The notes beneath the pieces were generated by a model. The model did not search any database. It worked only from the letters and a program-made list of their open reading frames with translations, and had not been told where the DNA came from. This document shows, piece after piece, positions 1 through 11,455 of a DNA stretch of 32,000 nt (position 1 is the first letter of the stretch; every line of letters begins with the position of its first letter). The position numbers and the translations under genes were made by a program. The stretch comes from Bacillus spizizenii TU-B-10 (lineage in GTDB: Bacteria > Bacillota > Bacilli > Bacillales > Bacillaceae), in contig NC_016047.1 of NCBI RefSeq assembly GCF_000227465.1, forward strand, positions 1,746,857 through 1,778,856, written 5' to 3'.

Positions 1-800
1 ATCAGGATGGCTATCGTTTTATTGAGCCGAGCGAGGGTTATTTAGCATGCGGTTACGTAGGAAAAGGCAGATTGGAAGAGCCTGAAAATATCGTGAAGCT
101 AGCCGAAAAGCATTTTGCTGAAGAAAAAATCGCTCCTTTAGAAGGCAAACATGTGGTCATTACAGCTGGCCCGACACGGGAAGCGATTGATCCTGTTCGA
201 TTTTTCACCAATAAATCAACGGGCAAGATGGGATACGCATTAGCGGAGGCGGCTGTCCAGCTCGGCGCACGGGTAACTTTAATCTCTGGCCCTGTTTCGC
301 TGGATCAGCCGAAAGGCCTTGCTCAGTTTATCCCTGTTCAATCGGCTGCGGATATGCGCGAAGCGGTGCTCTCCGTGTATGACTCGAGTGATATTGTCAT
401 CAAAACAGCTGCGGTAGCCGATTTTACGCCGAAAACAGTATTTGACCATAAAATGAAAAAACAAGACGGCGGTATGACCTTGGAACTGGAAAGAACGGTC
501 GATATTTTAAAAGAATTAGGCGAGAGAAAGAAGCAGCAGCTGTTGATCGGATTTGCAGCTGAAACACAAGACGTTGAACACTATGCCCGTAAAAAGCTCG
601 CTGCCAAAAATCTTGATATGATAGTGGCAAATGATGTGAAAGCAAATGGGGCCGGTTTTGGTGCTGATACGAATATCGTAACAATTTTTTTCAAAGACGG
701 GCGCAAACGCAAGCTTCCGATCATGTCGAAGCTTGATGTTTCTTTTGAAATCCTTCAGGAAATCGCAGCCCTCTCAAAACAAACCGGAGAGCGCTCATGA
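1..800 (+). CDS. coaBC: Phosphopantothenoylcysteine decarboxylase / phosphopantothenate-cysteine ligase (CoaBC), 5'-truncated by the window edge; the C-terminal CoaB half is present
   Basis: The frame is open from base 3 (QDGYRFIEPSEGYLACGYVGKGRLEEP... upstream of the track's TTG 'Met'). It carries the CoaB-type motif ITAGPTREAIDPVRFFTNKSTGKMG. The stop overlaps the priA start (ATGA at 797-800). Confidence 0.9.
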   Translation, partial: QDGYRFIEPSEGYLACGYVGKGRLEEPENIVKLAEKHFAEEKIAPLEGKHVVITAGPTREAIDPVRFFTNKSTGKMGYALAEAAVQLGARVTLISGPVSLDQPKGLAQFIPVQSAADMREAVLSVYDSSDIVIKTAAVADFTPKTVFDHKMKKQDGGMTLELERTVDILKELGERKKQQLLIGFAAETQDVEHYARKKLAAKNLDMIVANDVKANGAGFGADTNIVTIFFKDGRKRKLPIMSKLDVSFEILQEIAALSKQTGERS

Positions 801-3214
801 ATTTTGCCGAAGTCATCGTTGATGTCAGCACCAAAAATATAGACAGGCCTTTTGATTACAAAATCCCAGACCATCTCAAAGGCATGATCAAAACGGGCAT
901 GCGAGTCATTGTCCCGTTTGGTCCCCGTAAAATTCAAGGGTTTGTGACAGCTGTGAAAGAAGCATCTGATCTCTCGGGGAAATCTGTCAAGGAGGTAGAG
1001 GATTTATTAGATCTTACACCTGTTTTGACAGAGGAGCTTATGAATTTGTCATCATGGCTGTCCGACAAAACGCTGTCTTTTAAAATAACGGCGCTTCAAG
1101 CGATGCTGCCTGCCGCATTAAAGGCGAAATATGAAAAAGAATTAAAGATCGCACACGGTGCCGATCTACCACCGCAAGTGGAACGGCTGTTTTCTGAAAC
1201 AAAGACTCTTCTGTATTCGGATATACCCGATCACGATACGCTGAAACTGATTCAAAAGCATGTTCAAAAAGGCAGCATTGATGTGACGTATAAAGTTGCG
1301 CAAAAAACCAATAAAAAAATGGTCAGGCATATTCAGGCAAATGCCAGTAAAGAAGAGCTTAGCAAGCAGGCTGAGGGATTATCTCGCCAAGCAGCCAAGC
1401 AGCAGGCGATTCTTCACTTTTTCACCGCTGAGCCGGAAGGGGTGAAAATCCCTGCAGCGGATTTGTGCAAAAAAACGGACGCGAGCTCTGCGACCATCAA
1501 AACCCTTATCCAAAAGGGGCTTTTGAAGGAAAGCTATGAAGAGGTTTACAGAGATCCCTATCAGGACAAAATGTTCAAAAAAACAGAGCCGCTCCCGCTG
1601 ACAGACGAACAGAGCGCTGCCTTTCAGCCAATACGCCAGACGTTGGACAACGATGAACATAAAGTGTTCCTTCTTCACGGCGTAACAGGCAGCGGAAAAA
1701 CAGAAATTTATCTGCAATCAATTGAGAAAGTACTGGCGAAAGGAAAAGAAGCCATCGTCCTCGTGCCGGAAATCTCGCTGACGCCACAGATGGTCAATCG
1801 CTTCAAGGGCCGTTTCGGCTCTCAGGTGGCAGTCATGCACAGCGGATTATCCACAGGGGAAAAATATGATGAGTGGCGTAAAATCCACCGGAAGGAAGTA
1901 CGGCTTGTCGTCGGCGCCAGATCGGCTATTTTTGCACCGTTTGAAAATCTCGGAATGATTATCATCGATGAAGAGCATGAGTCCTCTTATAAACAAGAAG
2001 AAATGCCGCGCTATCATGCGAAAGAGGTGGCGATCAAGCGGGCTGAGCATCACAGCTGTCCTGTTGTGCTGGGCAGCGCTACGCCGACATTAGAGTCATA
2101 TGCACGGGCGCAAAAGGGTGTGTACGAGCTTCTTTCGCTGAAGCACCGCGTTAATCATCAGGTGATGCCTGAGGTTTCGCTTGTTGATATGAGAGAGGAG
2201 CTCAGAAGCGGCAATCGCTCAATGTTTTCAGTTGAATTGATGGAAAAGCTTGAAGAAACGATTGCCAAGGGCGAGCAGGCTGTGCTGTTTTTAAATAAAA
2301 GGGGCTATTCTTCCTTTGTGATGTGCAGGGATTGCGGATATGTCCCGCAATGCCCGCACTGCGACATTTCCATGACGTATCATCGTTATGGCCAAAGGCT
2401 GAAATGCCATTATTGCGGACATGAAGAGCCTGTCCCGCATACTTGTCCAGAATGTGCAAGCGAGCATATCCGCTTTTTCGGGACGGGGACACAGCGTGTG
2501 GAGGAAGAGCTGACAAAAGTGCTGCCAAATGCGAGAGTGATTCGAATGGATGTTGATACGACTTCAAGGAAAGGCGCCCATGAAAAATTATTGTCAGCTT
2601 TCGGAGAAGGAAAAGCGGATATTCTTCTCGGAACGCAAATGATTGCGAAAGGGCTTGATTTTCCGAATGTCACACTTGTCGGAGTGTTAAGTGCTGATAC
2701 AACACTCCATATTCCTGATTTCAGATCGGCCGAAAAAACATTTCAGCTGTTAACGCAAGTCAGCGGCCGGGCAGGCAGGCATGAAAAACCCGGCCATGTC
2801 ATCATTCAAACGTACACACCGTCCCATTACAGCATCCAGCTGACGAAGACGCACGATTATGAAACGTTCTATCAGCATGAAATGGCTCACAGGAGAGAGC
2901 AATCCTATCCGCCTTATTACTATTTGGCTCTTGTGACTGTTTCTCATGAAGAAGTAACGAAAGCAGCTGTTACGGCTGAAAAAATCGCTCACTTTTTGAA
3001 AGCAAACTGCGGAGCTGACACGAAAATTCTTGGGCCAAGCGCGTCGCCTATAGCCAGGATCAAAGATAGATATCGCTATCAATGCGTGATAAAATACAAA
3101 CAGGAAACCCAGTTATCCGCTTTATTGAAGAAGATACTGGAACATTATAAACGAGAAATTGAACAAAAGCATGTAATGATTTCAATTGATATGAATCCTT
3201 ATATGATGATGTAA
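797..3214 (+). CDS. priA: Primosomal replication-restart helicase PriA (805 aa)
   Basis: Walker A GVTGSGKT, DEEH box, and a Cys-rich zinc region CRDCGYVPQCPHCD...CHYCGH...CPEC. GGAG lies 7 nt upstream of the ATG. The length matches B. subtilis PriA. Confidence 0.97.
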   Translation: MNFAEVIVDVSTKNIDRPFDYKIPDHLKGMIKTGMRVIVPFGPRKIQGFVTAVKEASDLSGKSVKEVEDLLDLTPVLTEELMNLSSWLSDKTLSFKITALQAMLPAALKAKYEKELKIAHGADLPPQVERLFSETKTLLYSDIPDHDTLKLIQKHVQKGSIDVTYKVAQKTNKKMVRHIQANASKEELSKQAEGLSRQAAKQQAILHFFTAEPEGVKIPAADLCKKTDASSATIKTLIQKGLLKESYEEVYRDPYQDKMFKKTEPLPLTDEQSAAFQPIRQTLDNDEHKVFLLHGVTGSGKTEIYLQSIEKVLAKGKEAIVLVPEISLTPQMVNRFKGRFGSQVAVMHSGLSTGEKYDEWRKIHRKEVRLVVGARSAIFAPFENLGMIIIDEEHESSYKQEEMPRYHAKEVAIKRAEHHSCPVVLGSATPTLESYARAQKGVYELLSLKHRVNHQVMPEVSLVDMREELRSGNRSMFSVELMEKLEETIAKGEQAVLFLNKRGYSSFVMCRDCGYVPQCPHCDISMTYHRYGQRLKCHYCGHEEPVPHTCPECASEHIRFFGTGTQRVEEELTKVLPNARVIRMDVDTTSRKGAHEKLLSAFGEGKADILLGTQMIAKGLDFPNVTLVGVLSADTTLHIPDFRSAEKTFQLLTQVSGRAGRHEKPGHVIIQTYTPSHYSIQLTKTHDYETFYQHEMAHRREQSYPPYYYLALVTVSHEEVTKAAVTAEKIAHFLKANCGADTKILGPSASPIARIKDRYRYQCVIKYKQETQLSALLKKILEHYKREIEQKHVMISIDMNPYMMM

Positions 3215-3240
3215 GATCTCACGTCTTGGAGGGTAACAAA

Positions 3241-3723
3241 TTGGCAGTAAAAAAGATCGTCACACATCCAGCGGAGGTTTTGGAAACACCGACGGAAAGC
3301 GTGACTGTTTTTGATAAAAAGCTAAAAAAACTGTTGGATGATATGTACGACACCATGCTTGAAATGGATGGTGTCGGACTGGCAGCGCCGCAAATCGGCA
3401 TCTTAAAAAGAGTGGCTGTCGTAGATATCGGGGATGACAGCGGCAGAATTGATCTCGTTAATCCCGAGATTTTAGAGAAAAGCGGTGAGCAAACCGGAAT
3501 TGAAGGATGCCTGAGCTTTCCTGGCGTCTATGGTGATGTCACACGTGCTGATTATGTCAAAGTACGTGCGTTTAACCGTCAGGGAAAACCGTTCATTCTG
3601 GAAGCGCGAGGCTTTTTAGCGAGAGCCGTGCAGCACGAAATGGACCACTTAGACGGTGTGTTGTTTACATCTAAAATCAGTAAATACTATACAGAAGATG
3701 AACTAGCGGATATGGAAGGATGA
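3241..3723 (+). CDS. def: Peptide deformylase (160 aa); start moved to TTG 3241
   Basis: Motifs [13 protein letters not shown] and HEMDH are present. GGAGGG at 3228-3233 sits 7 nt before TTG 3241 and gives [14 protein letters not shown]. The track start at 3226 lies inside the RBS. Confidence 0.92.
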   Translation: MAVKKIVTHPAEVLETPTESVTVFDKKLKKLLDDMYDTMLEMDGVGLAAPQIGILKRVAVVDIGDDSGRIDLVNPEILEKSGEQTGIEGCLSFPGVYGDVTRADYVKVRAFNRQGKPFILEARGFLARAVQHEMDHLDGVLFTSKISKYYTEDELADMEG

Positions 3724-3727
3724 TTTG

Positions 3728-4681
3728 ATGACGAGAATCGTATTTATGGGGACGCCGGATTTTTCAGTTCCTGTTTTAAGAACCCTGATAGAGGATGGTT
3801 ATGAAGTAGTGGGGGTCGTCACACAGCCGGACCGTCCGAAGGGCAGAAAAAAAGTGCTGACTCCTCCTCCGGTAAAAGAAGAGGCAATGCGTAACGGCAT
3901 CCCGGTTCTTCAGCCGGAAAAAGTAAGATTGAAAGAAGAAATTGAGAAAGTGCTGGCATTAAAGCCTGACCTTATTGTAACAGCAGCATTTGGACAAATT
4001 TTGCCTAAGGAGCTTCTCGACAGCCCGAAATACGGCTGCATTAATGTTCACGCGTCTCTTTTGCCGGAATTGCGCGGCGGTGCTCCGATCCATTACTCCA
4101 TTCTGCAGGGAAAGAAAAAAACCGGGGTTACTATTATGTATATGGTAGAAAAATTGGATGCCGGCGATATGATCTCAAAAGTGGAAGTGGACATTGAAGA
4201 AACCGACAATGTCGGAACGCTGCATGATAAATTAAGCGTAGCTGGCGCGAAGCTATTATCTGAAACGGTTCCAAACGTCATTGCCGGCAGCATATCACCT
4301 GAAAAGCAGGATGAAGAGAAAGCGACATATGCGCCTAACATCAAAAGAGAGCAAGAGCTGCTCGACTGGTCAAGAACGGGTGAAGAGCTTTACAACCAGG
4401 TCCGCGGGTTAAATCCTTGGCCTGTTGCCTATACGACTCTAAATGGCCAAAACTTAAAAGTGTGGGCGTCGAAAAAAACACCCGCACCAACAAAAGCTGA
4501 GCCCGGCACAGTCGTTGCGGTTGAAAAGGAAGGGATTATCGTTGCCACAGGTAACGATACGGCCCTGTTATTAACCGAACTTCAGCCAGCCGGCAAAAAA
4601 CGCATGAAAGGCGAGGATTTTGTGCGCGGCGCTCATGTTGAAGCTGGTGAAAAGTTAGGAGTAAACAATGAAAAAAAATAG
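3728..4681 (+). CDS. fmt: Methionyl-tRNA formyltransferase (317 aa); start at ATG 3728
   Basis: N-terminus [15 protein letters not shown] plus the [14 protein letters not shown] formyltransferase motif. The gene follows def by 4 nt. Confidence 0.95.
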   Translation: MTRIVFMGTPDFSVPVLRTLIEDGYEVVGVVTQPDRPKGRKKVLTPPPVKEEAMRNGIPVLQPEKVRLKEEIEKVLALKPDLIVTAAFGQILPKELLDSPKYGCINVHASLLPELRGGAPIHYSILQGKKKTGVTIMYMVEKLDAGDMISKVEVDIEETDNVGTLHDKLSVAGAKLLSETVPNVIAGSISPEKQDEEKATYAPNIKREQELLDWSRTGEELYNQVRGLNPWPVAYTTLNGQNLKVWASKKTPAPTKAEPGTVVAVEKEGIIVATGNDTALLLTELQPAGKKRMKGEDFVRGAHVEAGEKLGVNNEKK

Positions 4682-6011
4682 TGTTCGTGATATCGCCCTT
4701 GAGGCGCTGATCAAACTAGAACAAAACCAGGCATACAGCAACCTGCTACTGAAATCGGTCATTAAATCAAATGAACTGAGTGATCAGGACAGAGGGCTTT
4801 TGACTGAACTTGTCTACGGGACATTGCAAAACAAAATCGCGCTTGATTATATGCTCAAACCGTTTATTAATAAGCCTCAAAAAGTAAAGCCGTGGGTGAT
4901 TCAGCTTCTTCGCCTATCCTTATATCAAATGGAGTATCTGGAGAAAATTCCAGACAGGGCTGCTATTCATGAAGCGGTCGAGATTGCTAAAATCCGCGGA
5001 CACAAGGGCATTGCTTCATTTGTCAACGGTGTGCTTCGTTCCATACAGCGCGAAGGTGTTCCAACCTTTGACGCCATCGAAGATCCTGTCCGCCGGTTGG
5101 CGACAGAGACAAGTCATCCGGAATGGCTCGTAAAAGAGTGGACGGATGCGTATGGATTTGATGCGGCTGAAAAGATTTGCCGCATCCATCTCATTCCGCC
5201 GAGGCAGACACTGCGTGTCAATCAAATGAAAGCAGATAGAGCGGATTTGCTTGATCAAATGGCTGCTGAGGGAATCGAAGTTGAAAATGGCGACCTCGCA
5301 GAAGACGCGGTGAAGCTCTTGAAGGGGTCAATCGCTGGAACTCATTTCTTCCAAACCGGTGAAGTTTCCATTCAGGATGAGAGCTCCATGCTCGTCGCCC
5401 GTGCCCTTGATCCTAAGCCCGGTGAAACGGTGCTTGACGCGTGTGCTGCGCCCGGCGGAAAGTCAGCTCATATCGGAGAATTAATGGAGAACAAGGGAAG
5501 CGTTACATCGCTTGATCTTCACAAACATAAAGTGAAGCTGATTAAAGAAGCGGCAGACCGGCTTGGCCTTACAATCATTGACGCGAAAACAATGGATGCG
5601 AGAAAAGCAGGAGAAACGTTTGAAAATGGACAATTTGACCGGATATTGGTCGATGCCCCGTGCTCAGGTTTTGGCGTGATCCGAAGAAAGCCGGACATGA
5701 AATACACGAAAAAGCCTGACGACAGCGCACGGCTTGCTGAAATCCAGCTGTCGATCTTGAGGGAAATCGCACCATTAGTAAAAAAAGGTGGCACTCTTGT
5801 CTACAGTACGTGTACAATGGACCGGACAGAAAATGATGAAGTAATACATGCGTTTATACAAGAACATCCTGATTTTGAACCCGATTTGTCTCTTGAAAAG
5901 CGGCTGCCCGAAAAGGTGAGACCCTTTGTTCGGGATGGAAGGCTGCAAATCCTTCCTCATTATTTCGGAACAGATGGTTTCTTTATTTGCAGCATGAGAA
6001 AGAAGGGATAA
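4668..6011 (+). CDS. rsmB: 16S rRNA m5C967 methyltransferase RsmB/Sun family (447 aa)
   Basis: N-terminal NusB-like domain, SAM motif DACAAPGGK, and catalytic PCSG and TCT cysteines. AGGAG RBS is present. The gene overlaps the fmt 3' end by 14 nt. Confidence 0.93.
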   Translation: MKKNSVRDIALEALIKLEQNQAYSNLLLKSVIKSNELSDQDRGLLTELVYGTLQNKIALDYMLKPFINKPQKVKPWVIQLLRLSLYQMEYLEKIPDRAAIHEAVEIAKIRGHKGIASFVNGVLRSIQREGVPTFDAIEDPVRRLATETSHPEWLVKEWTDAYGFDAAEKICRIHLIPPRQTLRVNQMKADRADLLDQMAAEGIEVENGDLAEDAVKLLKGSIAGTHFFQTGEVSIQDESSMLVARALDPKPGETVLDACAAPGGKSAHIGELMENKGSVTSLDLHKHKVKLIKEAADRLGLTIIDAKTMDARKAGETFENGQFDRILVDAPCSGFGVIRRKPDMKYTKKPDDSARLAEIQLSILREIAPLVKKGGTLVYSTCTMDRTENDEVIHAFIQEHPDFEPDLSLEKRLPEKVRPFVRDGRLQILPHYFGTDGFFICSMRKKG

Positions 6012-6013
6012 CA

Positions 6014-7105
6014 ATGGCAGAACTGAAAAAAACAAAAGCAAGAAAAGAATTGCGGACAGAGCGTCCGTCTATTTATTCTTTTGAATTAGATGAAATCAAA
6101 CAATGGCTGACAGACAACGGAGAGAAACCGTTCCGCGCGGCACAGATCTTTGAATGGCTATATGAAAAACGCGTATCTTCTTTTGAAGAAATGACAAACC
6201 TGTCAAAGGATCTGCGTGAGAAATTAAGCACTCATTTTGTGTTAACAACGCTGAAAACGGCTGTTAAGCAAACCTCCCAAGACGGTACGATGAAGTTTTT
6301 GTTCGAGCTTCATGACGGTTATACAATCGAAACCGTTTTAATGAGACACGAGTATGGCAATTCTGTATGTGTAACGACACAAGTCGGCTGCCGTATTGGC
6401 TGTACATTCTGCGCGTCAACGCTCGGGGGTTTGAAACGAAACCTTGAAGCGGGTGAAATTGTCGCTCAAGTACTCAAAGTTCAAAAAGCTCTGGATGAAA
6501 CGGATGAACGCGTCAGCTCTGTCGTGATCATGGGAATCGGTGAACCTTTTGATAACTTTAATGAAATGCTCGCTTTCTTGAAAATCATTAACCATGACAA
6601 GGGCCTGAATATTGGCGCTCGCCATATTACGGTTTCTACAAGTGGAATCATCCCGAAAATTTACGAATTCGCTGATCAGCAAATGCAGATTAACTTTGCG
6701 ATTTCTCTGCACGCCCCGAATACAGAAATCAGAAGCCGTTTGATGCCGATTAACAGAGCATACAAGCTGCCTGAGTTAATGGAAGCCGTTAAATATTATA
6801 TTAACAAAACGGGACGCCGTATCAGTTTTGAATACGGGCTGTTCGGAGGCGTAAACGACCAGGTTGAGCACGCTGAAGAGCTTGCTGACTTATTGGAAGG
6901 AATTAAATGCCACGTGAACTTGATTCCGGTAAACTACGTGCCTGAACGGGACTATGTGCGTACACCGCGTGATCAGATTTTTGCTTTTGAGAAAACGCTG
7001 AAATCCCGCGGAGTAAATGTCACAATCCGAAGAGAGCAAGGCCATGACATTGACGCAGCCTGCGGTCAGCTTCGCGCGAAGGAGCGTCAAGACGAGACGA
7101 GGTGA
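6014..7105 (+). CDS. rlmN: Radical-SAM 23S rRNA/tRNA A2503 C2-methyltransferase RlmN (363 aa); start at ATG 6014
   Basis: Radical-SAM cluster motif CRIGCTFC and the conserved C-terminal [12 protein letters not shown] 6014 follows a GAAGGG RBS and lies just after the rsmB stop (6009-6011). Confidence 0.93.
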   Translation: MAELKKTKARKELRTERPSIYSFELDEIKQWLTDNGEKPFRAAQIFEWLYEKRVSSFEEMTNLSKDLREKLSTHFVLTTLKTAVKQTSQDGTMKFLFELHDGYTIETVLMRHEYGNSVCVTTQVGCRIGCTFCASTLGGLKRNLEAGEIVAQVLKVQKALDETDERVSSVVIMGIGEPFDNFNEMLAFLKIINHDKGLNIGARHITVSTSGIIPKIYEFADQQMQINFAISLHAPNTEIRSRLMPINRAYKLPELMEAVKYYINKTGRRISFEYGLFGGVNDQVEHAEELADLLEGIKCHVNLIPVNYVPERDYVRTPRDQIFAFEKTLKSRGVNVTIRREQGHDIDAACGQLRAKERQDETR

Positions 7106-7111
7106 TGAGGG

Positions 7112-7876
7112 TTGTTAACAGCCTTAAAAACAGATACAGGAAAAATCCGCCAGCATAATGAAGATGATGCGGGGATATTCAAGGGGAAAGATCAATTTGT
7201 ATTAGCGGTTGTCGCTGATGGCATGGGCGGCCATCTTGCTGGAGATGTTGCAAGCAAGATGGCTGTGAAAGCCATGGGGGAGAAATGGAATGAAGCAGAG
7301 GCGATTCCAGTTGCGCCTTCAGAATGTGAAGAATGGCTCATTGAACAGATTCTTGCGGTAAACAGCAAAATATACGATCATGCCCAAGCCCATGAAGAAT
7401 GCCAAGGCATGGGGACGACGATTGTATGTGCGCTTTTTACGGGGAAAACGGTTTCTGTTGCTCATATAGGTGACAGCAGATGCTATTTGCTTCAGGACGA
7501 TGATTTCATTCAGGTGACAGAAGATCATTCGCTTGTAAATGAACTGGTTCGCACTGGAGAGATTTCCAGAGAAGACGCCGAACATCATCCGCGAAAAAAT
7601 GTGTTGACGAAGGCACTCGGAACAGACCAGTCAGTCAGCATTGACACACGTTCCTTTGACATTGAAGCCGGGGACAAACTGCTTCTATGTTCTGACGGAC
7701 TGACGAATAAAGTGGAAGGCACTGAGTTAAAAGACATCCTGCAAAGCGATTCAGCTCCTCAGGAAAAAGTAAACCTGCTTGTGGACAAAGCCAATCAGAA
7801 TGGCGGGGAAGACAACATTACAGCAGTTTTGCTTGAGCTTGCTTTACATGTTGAAGAGGGTGAAGATCAGTGCTAA
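7112..7876 (+). CDS. prpC: PP2C-family Ser/Thr protein phosphatase PrpC (254 aa), TTG start
   Basis: PP2C motifs ADGMGGH and DGLTN with a GGEDNIT C-terminus. A GAGGTGATGAGGG RBS region precedes the start. Confidence 0.95.
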   Translation: MLTALKTDTGKIRQHNEDDAGIFKGKDQFVLAVVADGMGGHLAGDVASKMAVKAMGEKWNEAEAIPVAPSECEEWLIEQILAVNSKIYDHAQAHEECQGMGTTIVCALFTGKTVSVAHIGDSRCYLLQDDDFIQVTEDHSLVNELVRTGEISREDAEHHPRKNVLTKALGTDQSVSIDTRSFDIEAGDKLLLCSDGLTNKVEGTELKDILQSDSAPQEKVNLLVDKANQNGGEDNITAVLLELALHVEEGEDQC

Positions 7877-9816
7877 TCGGCAAGCGGATCAGCGGGCGTT
7901 ACCAAATTCTCCGCGTTATAGGCGGCGGGGGAATGGCCAACGTGTATTTAGCTGAGGATATCATTCTAGACCGTGAAGTCGCAATCAAAATCCTGCGGTT
8001 TGACTATGTGAACGACAATGAGTTTGTCAGGCGTTTCCGCAGAGAAGCCCAATCCGCATCAAGCCTCGATCACCCGAATATTGTCAGCATTTACGATTTG
8101 GGCGAGGAAGATGATATTTATTATATTGTCATGGAATACGTTGAGGGCATGACGCTTAAAGAATACATAACAGCAAACGGGCCGCTTCACCCTAAAGAAG
8201 CGCTGAACATCATGGAGCAAATTGTCTCAGCCATTGATCATGCCCATCAAAATCAGATTGTTCACAGAGACATTAAGCCGCATAACATTTTGATTGACCA
8301 CATGGGAAATATCAAAGTGACGGATTTCGGAATTGCGACAGCACTAAGCTCGACCACAATCACCCATACAAATTCTGTGCTGGGCTCAGTCCATTACCTA
8401 TCACCTGAACAGGCGCGGGGCGGTTTGGCAACAAAAAAATCGGATATTTATGCGATTGGAATCGTTCTATTCGAGCTCTTAACCGGCCGTATCCCGTTTG
8501 ATGGAGAATCGGCAGTCAGCATCGCCTTAAAGCATCTACAGGCGGAAACCCCTTCGGCGAGAAGGTGGAATCCGTCAGTACCCCAAAGTGTTGAAAACAT
8601 CATACTAAAGGCAACTGCCAAAGATCCTTTTCATCGCTACGAAACGGCTGAAGACATGGAAGCAGATATCCAAACAGCTTTTGATGCCGACAGACTCAAT
8701 GAAAAGAGATTTACGGTTCAAGAAGATGAAGAAATGACAAAAGCGATTCCTATCATTAAAGATGAAGAGCTCGCTAAAGCTGCTGGCGAAAAAGAAGCTG
8801 AATTGACATCCGCCCAAGACAACAAAACAAAGAAAAACGGCAAAAGAAAAAAGTGGCCGTGGGTTTTGCTCACGATATGCATCGTTTTCATCACAGCTGG
8901 AATTCTCGCTGTCACCGTTTTTCCGTCGCTTTTTATGCCTGAAGATGTCAAAATACCTGATGTCTCCGGAATGGAATACGAAAAGGCGGCAGACCTCTTG
9001 GAAAAAGACGGTTTGCAGGTTGATTCAGAGGTTTTGGAAATCTCAGATGAGAAAATTGAAGAAGGCCTGATGGTAAAAACGGATCCTAAAGCGGATTCGA
9101 CAGTGAAAGAAGGCGCAACGGTCACGCTTTATAAGAGCACCGGAAAAGCTAAAACAGAGATCGGTGATGTAACAGGCCAAACGGTCGATCAGGCAAAAAA
9201 AGCCTTAAAGGACCAAGGGTTTAAACATGTAACGGTGAATGAAGTGAATGACGAGAAAAGCGCTGGCACTGTCATTGAACAGAATCCGTCAGCAGGGACT
9301 GAACTTGTACCGAGTGAAGATCCAATCAAACTCACAGTCAGTATCGGACCCGAAGACATTACGCTTAGAGACTTGAAAACTTACAGTAAAGAAGCAGCGT
9401 CTGGATATCTGGAAGACAACGGACTGAAGCTGATCGAAAAAGAAGCATACTCAGATGACGTTCCAGAAGGACAGGTTGTCAAACAAAAACCAGCAGCAGG
9501 AACGGCAGTAAAGCCGGGAAACGAAGTTGAAGTGACATTCTCTCTGGGACCTGAGAAAAAACCTGCGAAAACAGTGAAAGAAAAGGTCGAGATCCCCTAC
9601 GAGCCAGAAAATGAAGGGGACGAGCTTGAAGTGCAAATCGCGATTGACGATGCAGATCACAGTATCTCTGACTCTTACGAAGAATTTAAGATAAAAGAGC
9701 CGACTGAACGGACGATCGAACTAAAGATTGAACCTGGCCAAAAAGGGTATTATCAAGTGATGGTAAACAATAAAGTCGTCAGCTACAAAACCATTGAATA
9801 TCCGAAAGATGAATAA
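7870..9816 (+). CDS. prkC: Eukaryotic-like Ser/Thr protein kinase PrkC with a TM helix and extracellular PASTA repeats (648 aa), GTG start
   Basis: Hanks kinase motifs [17 protein letters not shown] and DFG. A single TM segment [23 protein letters not shown] is followed by three PASTA-like repeats and a C-terminal beta-rich domain. The gene overlaps prpC by 7 nt. Confidence 0.97.
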   Translation: MLIGKRISGRYQILRVIGGGGMANVYLAEDIILDREVAIKILRFDYVNDNEFVRRFRREAQSASSLDHPNIVSIYDLGEEDDIYYIVMEYVEGMTLKEYITANGPLHPKEALNIMEQIVSAIDHAHQNQIVHRDIKPHNILIDHMGNIKVTDFGIATALSSTTITHTNSVLGSVHYLSPEQARGGLATKKSDIYAIGIVLFELLTGRIPFDGESAVSIALKHLQAETPSARRWNPSVPQSVENIILKATAKDPFHRYETAEDMEADIQTAFDADRLNEKRFTVQEDEEMTKAIPIIKDEELAKAAGEKEAELTSAQDNKTKKNGKRKKWPWVLLTICIVFITAGILAVTVFPSLFMPEDVKIPDVSGMEYEKAADLLEKDGLQVDSEVLEISDEKIEEGLMVKTDPKADSTVKEGATVTLYKSTGKAKTEIGDVTGQTVDQAKKALKDQGFKHVTVNEVNDEKSAGTVIEQNPSAGTELVPSEDPIKLTVSIGPEDITLRDLKTYSKEAASGYLEDNGLKLIEKEAYSDDVPEGQVVKQKPAAGTAVKPGNEVEVTFSLGPEKKPAKTVKEKVEIPYEPENEGDELEVQIAIDDADHSISDSYEEFKIKEPTERTIELKIEPGQKGYYQVMVNNKVVSYKTIEYPKDE

Positions 9817-9830
9817 CAAGGAGGGAAAAT

Positions 9831-10727
9831 ATGCCTGAGGGCAAAATTATTAAGGCGCTAAGCGGCTTTTACTATGTACTGGATGAATCAGAGGATTCAG
9901 ATAAAGTAATACAATGCAGAGGAAGAGGCATTTTCAGAAAGAACAAAATTACCCCTCTTGTCGGTGATTACGTTGTGTATCAAGCTGAAAATGACAAAGA
10001 GGGATATCTATTAGAAATTAAAGAAAGAACCAATGAGCTGATCAGGCCGCCAATTTGCAACGTTGATCAAGCGGTCCTTGTTTTCTCAGCGGTTCAGCCT
10101 TCTTTCAGCACGGCATTGCTCGACCGCTTCTTGGTTCTCGTTGAGGCCAATGATATTCAGCCGATTATATGCATTACAAAAATGGATCTGATTGAAGATC
10201 AAGATACACAAGATGCGATTCAAGCCTATGCAGAAGACTACCGGAATATTGGTTATGACGTGTATCTCACCTCCTCTAAGGACCAAGACAGTTTAGCGGA
10301 CATCATCCCGCATTTTCAGGACAAAACAACGGTATTTGCCGGTCAGTCCGGTGTTGGAAAATCCTCGCTCCTCAACGCGATTAGTCCGGAGCTCGGTTTA
10401 AAAACAAACGAGATTTCTGAGCATTTGGGCCGCGGGAAACACACAACTCGCCACGTGGAGCTGATTCACACGTCCGGAGGCTTGGTTGCGGATACTCCGG
10501 GATTCAGCTCGCTTGAGTTTACAGACATTGAGGAAGAAGAGCTGGGCTATACCTTCCCGGATATTAGAGAAAAAAGCTCTTCATGCAAATTTAGAGGCTG
10601 TTTACACCTAAAAGAGCCGAAATGTGCGGTGAAACAAGCCGTTGAAGACGGGGAATTAAAGCAGTACCGCTATGACCATTATGTTGAATTTATGACGGAG
10701 ATTAAAGACAGAAAGCCGAGGTATTAG
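9831..10727 (+). CDS. cpgA: Circularly permuted ribosome small-subunit GTPase RsgA/CpgA (YloQ, 298 aa)
   Basis: The G4 motif (TKMD) precedes G1 (GQSGVGKSS), which is the circular permutation. A C-terminal zinc knuckle [14 protein letters not shown] is present. RBS AAGGAGGG. Confidence 0.95.
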   Translation: MPEGKIIKALSGFYYVLDESEDSDKVIQCRGRGIFRKNKITPLVGDYVVYQAENDKEGYLLEIKERTNELIRPPICNVDQAVLVFSAVQPSFSTALLDRFLVLVEANDIQPIICITKMDLIEDQDTQDAIQAYAEDYRNIGYDVYLTSSKDQDSLADIIPHFQDKTTVFAGQSGVGKSSLLNAISPELGLKTNEISEHLGRGKHTTRHVELIHTSGGLVADTPGFSSLEFTDIEEEELGYTFPDIREKSSSCKFRGCLHLKEPKCAVKQAVEDGELKQYRYDHYVEFMTEIKDRKPRY

Positions 10728-10731
10728 CATA

Positions 10732-11385
10732 ATGATAAAGGTTGCACCATCTATTCTTTCCGCTGATTTTGCCGCTTTAGGCAATGAGATTAAAGATGTA
10801 GAAAAGGGCGGAGCCGATTGTATTCATATTGATGTCATGGACGGCCATTTTGTCCCGAATATCACGATCGGTCCGCTGATTGTAGAAGCTGTCCGTCCGG
10901 TAACAGATCTGCCGCTTGATGTTCATTTAATGATAGAAGAGCCGGATCGTTACATCCCAGCTTTCGCAAAAGCGGGCGCAGATATCCTGTCTGTGCATGC
11001 TGAGGCATGTCCGCACCTGCACCGTACCATCCAGCTTATTAAAGAGCAGGGTGTAAAGGCCGGTGTTGTTCTAAACCCGCATACGCCTGTACAAGTCATC
11101 GAGCATGTTTTCGACGACCTTGATCTTGTTCTTTTAATGACGGTGAACCCGGGATTTGGGGGGCAGAAATTTATTCATTCCGTCCTTCCTAAAATCAAAG
11201 AGGTTAAGCGAATGGCGGATGAAAGAGGAAAAAAAGATCTGTTAATTGAAGTAGACGGCGGCGTCAACAAGGAAACTGCTCCGTTAGTTATTGAAGCGGG
11301 TGCAAATTTACTCGTTGCCGGTTCAGCTGTTTATGGCCAGTCCGACCGCAAAAAAGCAATTTCTGAAATCAGAGGAAGTAAATAA
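10732..11385 (+). CDS. rpe: Ribulose-5-phosphate 3-epimerase (217 aa)
   Basis: Typical Rpe sequence throughout: [36 protein letters not shown]. Confidence 0.96.
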   Translation: MIKVAPSILSADFAALGNEIKDVEKGGADCIHIDVMDGHFVPNITIGPLIVEAVRPVTDLPLDVHLMIEEPDRYIPAFAKAGADILSVHAEACPHLHRTIQLIKEQGVKAGVVLNPHTPVQVIEHVFDDLDLVLLMTVNPGFGGQKFIHSVLPKIKEVKRMADERGKKDLLIEVDGGVNKETAPLVIEAGANLLVAGSAVYGQSDRKKAISEIRGSK

Positions 11386-11392
11386 GCAGCAA

Positions 11393-11430
11393 AAAAAAGA
11401 GCTGGGCGTACAGAGCCTAAGCTCTTTTTC
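11393..11430 (+). terminator. Intrinsic-terminator-like hairpin downstream of rpe
   Basis: GAGCTGGGC (11399-11407) pairs with GCCTAAGCTC (11415-11424) with one bulge and a 7-nt loop. An A-run lies upstream and TTTTT at 11425-11429. Confidence 0.6.
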
Positions 11431-11455
11431 CTGTATGCAGAGAAAGGAATAAGAG

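Noticed and set aside
1847-1855. A perfect DnaA-box consensus TTATCCACA inside priA.
   Set aside because: It is a single isolated 9-mer in coding sequence. An occurrence in 64 kb of two-strand sequence is plausible by chance (expectation roughly 0.2-0.3). Functional DnaA-box clusters need several boxes, and none are nearby.
6906-6921. A parS-like core CCACGTGAA inside rlmN.
   Set aside because: Only the central 9 bp match. By hand alignment the 16-bp parS consensus TGTTCCACGTGAAACA matches at 10/16, well below known functional sites.
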